Part shown: positions 55,504 through 64,000 of the stretch, piece by piece | Layout: the number at the start of each line of letters is the position of its first letter | Position numbering within the stretch: position 1 is the first letter of the stretch | NCBI GenBank assembly: GCA_964016885.1 | Contig: OZ024740.1 | Location: forward strand, 296,298,001 to 296,362,000 | DNA: 64,000 nucleotides | Direction of reading: 5' to 3' | From: Eledone cirrhosa | Lineage: Eukaryota | Program-made: the position numbers and the translations under genes | Notes under the pieces: generated by a model | Databases searched by the model: none | Told to the model about the DNA's origin: nothing | Seen by the model: only the letters and a program-made list of their open reading frames with translations

Positions 55504-58500
55504 ATTTTTTATTTGGGTGATCCATTTTTTATTTGGGGGATCCATTTTTTATTTGGGTGATCCAGTTTTTGTTTGGGTGATCCATTTTTTATTTGGGGGA
55601 TCCATTTTTTATTTGGGTGATCCATATTTTATTTAGGGGATCGATTTTTTATTTGGTGATCCATTTTTTATTTGGGTGATCCATTCTTTATTTGGGTGAT
55701 CCATTTTTTATTTTGGGGATCTATTTTTTATTTGGGTGATCCATTTTTTATTTGGGGATCCATTTTTTATTTGGGTGATCCATTTTTTATTTGGGGGATC
55801 CATTTTTTATTTGGGGGATCCATTTTTTATTTGGGTGATCCATTTTTTATTTGGGGGATCCATTTTTTATTTGGGTGATCCATTTTTTATTTGGGGGATC
55901 CATTTTTTATTTGGGTGATCCATTTTTTATTTGGGTGATCCATTTTTTATTTGGGTGATCCATTTTTTATTTGTTGGATCCATTTTTTATTTGGGGGATC
56001 CATTTTTTATTTGGGGGTTCCATTTTTTATTTGGGGGATCCATTTTACATTTGGGTGATCCATTTTTTATTTGGGTGATCCATTTTTTATTTGGGTGATC
56101 CATTTTTTATTTGGGTGATCCAGTTTTTGTTTGCGTGATCCATTTTTTATTTGGGGGATCCATTTTTTATTTGGGTGATCCATTTTTTATTTGTTGGATC
56201 CATTTTTTATTTGGGGGATCCATTTTTTATTTGGGGGATCCATTTTTTATTTGGGTGATCCATTTTTTATTTGGGGGATCCATTTTTTATTTAGGTGATC
56301 CATTTTTTAGTTGGGTGATCCATTTTTTTTGGGGGGGATCCATTTTTTATTTGTGTCATCCATTTTTTATTTGGCGGATCCATTTTTATTTGGGGGATCC
56401 ATTTTTTATTTGTGTGATCCATTTTTTATTTGGCAGATCCATTTTTTATTTGCGGGATCCATTTTTTATTTGGGTGATCCATTTTTTATTTGGGGGATCC
56501 ATTTTTTATTTGGGTGATCCATTTTTTATTTGGGTGATCCAGTTTTTGTTTGGGTGATCCATTTTTTATTTGGGGGATCCATTTTTTATTTGGGTGATCC
56601 ATTTTTTATTTGTTGGATCCATTTTTTATTTGGGGGATCCATTTTTTATTTGGGGGTTCCATTTTTTATTTGGGGGATCCATTTTACATTTGGGTGATCC
56701 ATTTTTTATTTGGGTGATCCATTTTTTATTTGGGGGATCCATTTTTTATTTAGGGGATCCATTTTTTATTTGGGGGATCCATTTTTTATTTGGGTGATCC
56801 ATTTTTTATTTGTTGGATCCATTTTTTATTTGGGGGATCCATTTTTTATTTGGGGGTTCCATTTTTTATTTGGGGGATCCATTTTACATTTGGGTGATCC
56901 ATTTTTTATTTGGGTGATCCATTTTTTATTTGGCGTATCCATTTTTATTTGGGGGATCCATTTTTTATTTGTGTGATCCATTTTTTATTTGGCAGATCCA
57001 TTTTTTATTTGGGGGATCCATTTTTTATTTGGGTGATCCATTTTTTATTTGGGGGATCCATTTTTTATTTGGGTGATACATTTTTTATTTGGGGGATCCA
57101 TTTTTTATTTGGGTGATCCATTTTTTATTTGGGTGATCCATATTTTATTTGGGTGATCCATTTTTTATTTGGGGGATCCATTTTTTATTTGGGTGATCCA
57201 ATTTTTTATTTGGGTGATCCATTTTTTATTTGGGTGATCCATTTTTTATTTGGGTGATCCATTTTTTATTTGGGGGATCCATTTTTTATTTGGGTGATAC
57301 ATTTTTGATTTGGGTGATCCATTTTTTATTTGGGGGATCCATTTTTTATTTGGGTGATCCATTTTTTATTTGGGGGATCCATTTTTTATTTGGGAGATCC
57401 ATTTTTTATTTGGGTGATCCATTTTTTATTTGGGTGATTCATTTTTTATTTGTTGGATCCATTTTTTATTTGGGGGATCCATTTTTATTTGGGGGACCCT
57501 ATTTTTATTTGGGGGATCCATTTTACATTTGGGTGATCCATTTTTTATTTGGATGATCCATTTTTTATTTGGTGGATCCATTTTTTATTTGGGGTATCCA
57601 TTTTTTATTTGGGTGATCCATTTTTTATTTGGGGGATCCATTTTTTATTTGGGTTATCCATTTTTTATTTGGGTGATCCATTTTTTATTTGGGTGATCCA
57701 TTTTTTATTTGTTGGATCCATTTTTTATTTGGGGGATCCATTTTTTATTTGGGGGTTCCATTTTTTATTTGAGGGATCCATTTTACATTTGGGTGATCCA
57801 TTTTTTATTTGGGTGACCCATTTTTTATTCGGGGGATCCATTTTTTATTTGGGGGATCCATTTTTTATTAGGGTTTCCATTTTTTATTTGGGTGATCCAT
57901 TTTTTATTTGGGGGATCCATTTTTTATTTAGGTGATCCATTTTTTAGTTGGGTGATCCATTTTTTATTTGTGTGATCCATTTTTTATTTGGGGGATCCAT
58001 TTTTTATTTGGGGGATCCATTTTTTATTTAGGTGATCCATTTTTAGTTGGGTGATCCATTTTTTATTTGTGTGATCCATTTTTTATTTGGGGGATCCATT
58101 TTTTATTTGGGGGTTCCATTTTTTATTTGGGTGATCCATTTTTTATTTGGGGGATCCATTTTTTATTTAGGTGATCCATTTTTTAGTTGGGTGATCCATT
58201 TTTTATTTGTGTGATCCATTTTTTATTTGGCGGATCCATTTTTTATTTGGGGGATCCATTTTTTATTTGGGTGATCCATTTTTTATTTGGGTGATCCATT
58301 TTTTATTTGGGTGATCCATATTTTATTTGCGTGATCCATTTTTTATTTGGGTGATCCATTTTTTATTTGGGTGATCCATTTTTTATTTGGGGGATCCATT
58401 TTTTATTTGGGTGATCCATTTTTTATTTGGGTGATCCATTTTTTATTTGGGGGATCCATTTTTTATTTGGGTGATCCATTTTTTATTTGGGGGATCCAGT

Positions 58501-59557
58501 TTTTGTTTGGGTGATCCATTTTTTATTTGGGGGATCCATTTTTTATTTGGGTGATCCATATTTTATTTAGGGGATCCATTTTTTATTTGGGTGATCCATT
58601 TTTTATTTGGGTGATCCATTTTTTATTTGGGTGATCCATTTTTTATTTTGGGGATCTATTTTTTATTTGGGTGATCCATTTTTTATTTGGGGGATCCATT
58701 TTTTTTTTTGGTGATCCATTTTTTATTTGGGGATCCATTTTTTATTTGGGGGATCCATTTTTTATTTGGGTGATCCATTTTTTATTTGGGGGATCCATTT
58801 TTTATTTGGGTGATCCATTTTTAATTTGGGGATCCATTTTTTATTTGGGTGATACATTTTTTATTTGGGGGATCCATTTTTTATATGGGTGATCCATTTT
58901 TTATTTGGGGGATCCATTTTGTATTTGGGTGATCCATTTTTTATTTGGGGGATCCATTTTTTATTTGGGGGATCCATTTTTTATTTGGGTGATCCACATT
59001 TTATTTGGGTGATCCAATTTTTATTTGAGGGATCCATTTTTTATTTGGGTGATCCATTTTTTATTTGGGTGATCCATTTTTTATTTGGGTGATCCATTTT
59101 CTATTTGGGTGATCCATTTTTTATTTGGGGGATCCATTTTTTATTTGGATGATCCATTTTTTATTTGGGGGATCCATTTTTTATTTGGGCGATCCAATTT
59201 TTATTTGGGTGATCCATTTTTTTATTGGGCGATCCATTTTTTATTTGGGTGATCCATTTTTTATTTGGGGGATCCATTATTTATTTGTGTGATCCATTTT
59301 TTATTTTGGAGATCCATTTTTTATTTGGGGGATCCATTTTTTATTTGGGGGATCCATTTTTTATTTGGGTGATCCATTTTTTATTTGGGTGATCCATTTT
59401 TTATTTGTTGGATCCATTTTTTATTTGGGGGATCCATTTTTTATTTGGGGGCTCCATTTTTTATTTGGGGGATCCATTTTACATTTGGGTGATCCATTTT
59501 TTATTTGGGTGATCCATTTTTTATTTGGGGGTTCCATTTTTTATTTGGGGGATCCAT

Positions 59558-59595
59558 CAAATAAAAAATGGATCCCCCAAATAAAAAATGGATCC
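59558..59595 (-). repeat. Inverted satellite island, 2 monomers (class A)
   Basis: Same as 50679-50716, offset 8879 bp. Confidence 0.95.
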
Positions 59596-60013
59596 ATTTT
59601 TTATTTGGGTGATCCATTTTTTATTTGGGGGATCCATTTTTTATTTGGGTGATCCAGTTTTTGTTTGGGTGATCCATTTTTTATTTGGGGGATCCATTTT
59701 TTATTTGGGTGATCCATATTTTATTTAGGGGATCGATTTTTTATTTGGTGATCCATTTTTTATTTGGGTGATCCATTCTTTATTTGGGTGATCCATTTTT
59801 TATTTTGGGGATCTATTTTTTATTTGGGTGATCCATTTTTTATTTGGGGATCCATTTTTTATTTGGGTGATCTATTTTTTATTTGGGGGATCCATTTTTT
59901 ATTTGGGTGATCCATTTTTTATTTGGGGGATCCATTTTTTATTTGGGTGATCCATTTTTTATTTGGGGGATCCATTTTTTATTTGGGGGGCCATTTTTTA
60001 TTTGGGGATCCAT

Positions 60014-60091
60014 CAAATAAAAAATGGATCACCCAAATAAAAAATGGATCACCCAAATAAAAAATGGATCCCTCAAATAAAAAATGGATCC
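60014..60091 (-). repeat. Inverted satellite island, 4 monomers (class B)
   Basis: Same as 51135-51212, offset 8879 bp. Confidence 0.95.
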
Positions 60092-61310
60092 ATTTTTTAT
60101 TTGGGGGATCCATTTTTTATTTGGGGGTTCCATTTTTTATTTGGGGGATCCATTTTACATTTGGGTGATCCATTTTTTATTTGGGTGATCCATATTTTAT
60201 TTGGGGGATCCATTTTTTATTTGGGGGATCCATTTTTTATTTGGGTGATCCATTTTTTATTTGGGGGATCCATTTTTTATTTAGGTGATCCATTCTTTAG
60301 TTGGGTGATCCATTTATATTTGGGGGATCCATTTTTTATTTGTGTGATCCATTTTTTATTTGGCAGATCCATTTTTTATTTGGGGGATCCATTTTTTATT
60401 TGGGTGATCCATTTTTTATTTGGGGGATCCATTTTTTATTTGGGTTATACATTTTTTATTTGGGGGATCCATTTTTTATTTGGGTGATCCATTTTTTATT
60501 TGGGTGATCCATATTTTATTTGGGTGATCCATTTTTTATTTGGGGGATCCATTTTTATTTGGGTGATCTATTTTTGATTTGGGTGATCCATTTTTTATTT
60601 GGGGGATCCATTTTTTATTTGGGTGATCCATTTTTTATTTGGGGGATCCATTTTTTATTTGGGAGATCCATTTTTTATTTGGGTGATCCATTTTTTATTT
60701 GGGTGATCCATTTTTTATTTGTTGGATCCATTTTTTATTTGGGGGATCCATTTTTTATTTGGGTGATCCATTTTTTATTTGGGGGATCCATTTTTTATTT
60801 GGGAGATCCATTTTTGATTTGGGTGATCCATTTTTTATTTGGGTGATCCATTTTTTATTTGTTGGATCCATTTTTTATTTGGGGGATCCATGTTTATTTG
60901 GGGGACCCTATTTTCATTTGGGGGATCCATTTTACATTTGGGGTATCCATTTTTTATTTGGGTGATCCATTTTTTATTTGGGGGATCCATTTTTTATTTG
61001 GGTGATCCATTTTTTATTTGGGTGATCCATTTTTTATTTGGGTGATCCATTTTTTATTTGTTGGATCCATTTTTTATTTGGTGGATCGACTTTTTATTTG
61101 GGGGTTCCATTTTTTATTTGGGGGATCCATTTTACATTTGGGTGATCCATTTTTTATTTGGGTGATCCATTTTTTATTTGGGGGATCCATTTTTTATTTG
61201 GGTGATCCATTTTTTATTTGGGGGATCCATTTTTTATTTGGATGATCCATTTTCTATTTGGGGGATCGATTTTTTATTTGGGGGTTCCATTTTTTATTTG
61301 GGGGATCCAT

Positions 61311-61388
61311 CAAATAAAAAATGGATCACCCAAATAAAAAATGGATCACCCAAATAAAAAATGGATCCCCCAAATAGAAAATGGATCC
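61311..61388 (-). repeat. Inverted satellite island, 4 monomers (class D)
   Basis: Same sequence as 37954-38031. Confidence 0.95.
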
Positions 61389-63297
61389 ATTTTTTATTTG
61401 GGTGATCCATATTTTATTTAGGGGATCCATTTTTTATTTGGGTGATCCATTTTTATTTGGGTGATCCATTTTTTATTTGGGTGATCCATTTTTTATTTGG
61501 GTGATCCATTTTTTATTTTGGGGATCTATTTATTATTTGGGTGATCCATTTTTTATTTGGGGGATCCATTTTTTTTTGGGTGATCCATTTTTTATTTGGG
61601 GATCCATTTTTTATTTGGGGGATCCATTTTTTATTTGGGTGGTCCATTTTTTATTTGGGGGATCCATTTTTTATTTGGGTGATCCATTTTTAATTTGGGG
61701 ATCCATTTTTTATTTGGGTGATCCATTTTTTATTTGGGGGATCCATTTTTTGTTTGGGTTATCCATTTTTTATTTGGGGGATCCATTTTGTATTTGGGTG
61801 ATCCATTTTTTATTTGGCGGATCCATTTTTTATTTGGGGGATCAATTTTTTATTTGGGGATCCATTTTTTATTTAGGTGATCCATATTTTAGTTGGGTGA
61901 TCCATTTTTATTTGGGGGATCCATTTTTTATTTGTGTGATCCATTTTTTATTTGGCGTATCCATTTTTATTTGGGGGATCCATTTTTTATTTGTGTGATC
62001 CATTTTTTATTTGGCGGATCCATTTTTTATTTGGGGGATCCATTTTACATTTGGGTGATCCATTTTTTATTTGGGTGATCCATATTTTATTTGGGGGATC
62101 CATTTTTTATTTGGGGGATCCATTTTTTATTTGGGTGATCCATTTTTTATTTGGGGGATCCATTTTTTATTTGGGTGATCCATTTTTTATTTGGGTGATC
62201 CAGTTTTTGTTTGGGTGATCCATTTTTTATTTGGGGGATCCATTTTTTATTTGGGTGATCCATTTTTTATTTGTTGGATCCATTTTTTATTTGGGGGATC
62301 CATTTTTTATTTGGGGATTCCATTTTTTATTTGGGGGATCCATTTTACATTTGGGTGATCCATTTTTTATTTGGGTGATCCATTTTTTATTTGGGGGATC
62401 CATTTTTTATTTAGGGGATCCATTTTTTATTTGGGGGTTCCATTTTTTATTTGGGTGATCCATTTTTTATTTGGGGGATCCATTTTTTATTTAGGTGATC
62501 CATTTTTTAGTTGGGTGATCCATTTTTATTTGGGGGATCCATTTTTTATTTGTGTGATCCATTTTTTATTTGGCGGATCCATTTTTTATTTGGGGGATCC
62601 ATTTTTTATTTGGGGATCCATTTTTTATTTAGGTGATCAATTTTTTAGTTGGGTGATCCATTTTTATTTGGGGGATCCATTTTTTATTTGTGTGATCCAT
62701 TTTTTATTTGGCGTATCCATTTTTATTTGGGGGATCCATTTTTTATTTGTGTGATCCATTTTTTATTTGGCAGATCCATTTTTTATTTGGGGGATCCATT
62801 TTTTATTTGGGTGATCCATTTTTTATTTGGGGGATCCATTTTTTATTTGGGTGATACATTTTTTATTTGGGGGATCCATTTTTTATTTGGGTGATCCATT
62901 TTTTATTTGGGTGATCCATATTTTATTTGGGTGATCCATTTTTTATTTGGGGGATCCATTTTTTATTTGGGTGATCCAATTTTTTATTTGGGTGATCCAT
63001 TTTTTATTTGGGTGATCCATTTTTTATTTGGGTGATCCATTCTTTATTTGGGTGATCCATTTTTTATTTTGGGGATCTATTTTTTATTTGGGTGATCCAT
63101 TTTTTATTTGGGGATCCATTTTTTATTTGGGTGATCTATTTTTTATTTGGGGGATCCATTTTTTATTTGGGGGATCCATTTTTTATTTGGGTGATCCATT
63201 TTTTATTTGGGGGATCCATTTTTTATTTGGGTGATCCATTTTTTATTTGGGGGATCCATTTTTTATTTGGGGGGCCATTTTTTATTTGGGGATCCAT

Positions 63298-63375
63298 CAA
63301 ATAAAAAATGGATCACCCAAATAAAAAATGGATCACCCAAATAAAAAATGGATCCCTCAAATAAAAAATGGATCC
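63298..63375 (-). repeat. Inverted satellite island, 4 monomers (class B)
   Basis: Same sequence as 12141-12218. Confidence 0.95.
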
Positions 63376-64000
63376 ATTTTTTATTTGGGGGATCCATTTT
63401 TTATTTGGGGGTTCCATTTTTTATTTGGGGGATCCATTTTACATTTGGGTGATCCATTTTTTATTTGGGTGATCCATTTTTTATTTGGGGGATCCATTTT
63501 TTATTTGGGGGATCCATTTTTTATTTGGGTGATCCATTTTTTATTTGGGGGATCCATTTTTTATTTAGGTGATCCATTCTTTAGTTGGGTGATCCATTTA
63601 TATTTGGGGGATCCATTTTTTATTTGTGTGATCCATTTTTTATTTGGCAGATCCATTTTTTATTTGGGGGATCCATTTTTTATTTGGGTGATCCATTTTT
63701 TATTTGGGGGATCCATTTTTTATTTGGGTTATACATTTTTTATTTGGGGGATCCATTTTTTATTTGGGTGATCCATTTTTTATTTGGGTGATCCATATTT
63801 TATTTGGGTGATCCATTTTTTATTTGGGGGATCCATTTTTATTTGGGTGATCTATTTTTGATTTGGGTGATCCATTTTTTATTTGGGGGATCCATTTTTT
63901 ATTTGGGTGATCCATTTTTTATTTGGGGGATCCATTTTTTATTTGGGAGATCCATTTTTGATTTGGGTGATCCATTTTTTATTTGGGTGATCCATTTTTT

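Larger units (their letters stand above)
42870..60660 (+). repeat. Near-identical tandem duplication, unit 8878-8879 bp (copy 1 about 42870-51780, copy 2 about 51750-60660)
   Basis: ORF-track entries between 42962 and 51641 recur at +8878/+8879. Rare variants are shared: GGTTGATCC, GATCCCTT, GGGAACCA, TGCGGGATC, AGGGTTTCC. Confidence 0.92.
1..64000 (+). repeat. Satellite DNA array, 20-bp monomer GATCCATTTTTTATTTGGG(G/T), about 3,200 copies, running off both window ends
   Basis: GATC recurs every 20 bp (occasionally 19 or 21) throughout. Most monomers match the consensus or differ at 1-2 positions, and no non-repeat sequence was seen. Confidence 0.99.

Noticed and set aside
7068-63375. Site-specific invertible switch (shufflon or phase variation)
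   Set aside because: No recombinase is encoded and no un-inverted counterpart with the GATG monomer was seen. Shared flanks are better explained by one event followed by duplication.
57-63791. About 250 short ORFs rich in F/I/W/G/L (GDPFFIWVIHFLFGGSIFYL repeats) resembling small membrane proteins
   Set aside because: Three 20-bp monomers give a 20-aa repeat in every frame. Starts are mostly TTG/GTG from the monomer itself and stops are the TGA of the T variant. All frames are equivalent and indels shift frames freely, so there is no sign of coding constraint.
1-64000. CRISPR array
   Set aside because: Monomers abut directly with no unique spacers, and there is no leader or cas gene.
1-64000. 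Dense GATC sites as a bacterial Dam/SeqA or iteron-type origin array
   Set aside because: There is no bacterial context, and the scale and higher-order structure fit a eukaryotic satellite. GATC is simply part of the monomer.
1-64000. Synthetic concatemer or rolling-circle artefact (BamHI-ligated oligo)
   Set aside because: Variants are inherited in nested, ordered blocks of different apparent ages. Random ligation at BamHI ends would give frequent random orientation, not 19 stereotyped islands.
1-64000. CpG depletion as a methylation signature
   Set aside because: The consensus has no CpG. The few CpGs are in variant monomers (GGCGGA, GATCGA, TGCGTG, TTCGGG), so nothing can be inferred.

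Overview
The whole 64 kb window is one uninterrupted tandem array of a 20-bp monomer, consensus GATCCATTTTTTATTTGGG(G/T), about 3,200 copies. I found no unique sequence, gene, RNA gene, transposon or CRISPR array. It looks like eukaryotic satellite DNA (centromeric, pericentromeric or subtelomeric type), but I cannot identify the organism or satellite family from the sequence. All ORFs in the track are artefacts of the 20-bp period. The structure lies in the monomer variants. (i) There are 19 short islands of 2 or 4 monomers in inverted orientation. They keep the 20-bp GATC register, share one left junction (GGATCCAT|CAAAT) and end in a loop-less palindrome centred on GGATCC. Their flanks suggest one ancestral inversion spread by later duplication. 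(ii) Higher-order repeats are nested at 140 bp, 240 bp, about 1-1.6 kb, 1.87 kb, 2.77 kb, 3.7-3.9 kb and a near-identical 8.88 kb tandem duplication, with dispersed block copies 19-25 kb apart. (iii) A more diverged patch lies at about 12.9-16.9 kb. Block boundaries were read by eye and from ORF-track offsets, so they are approximate.
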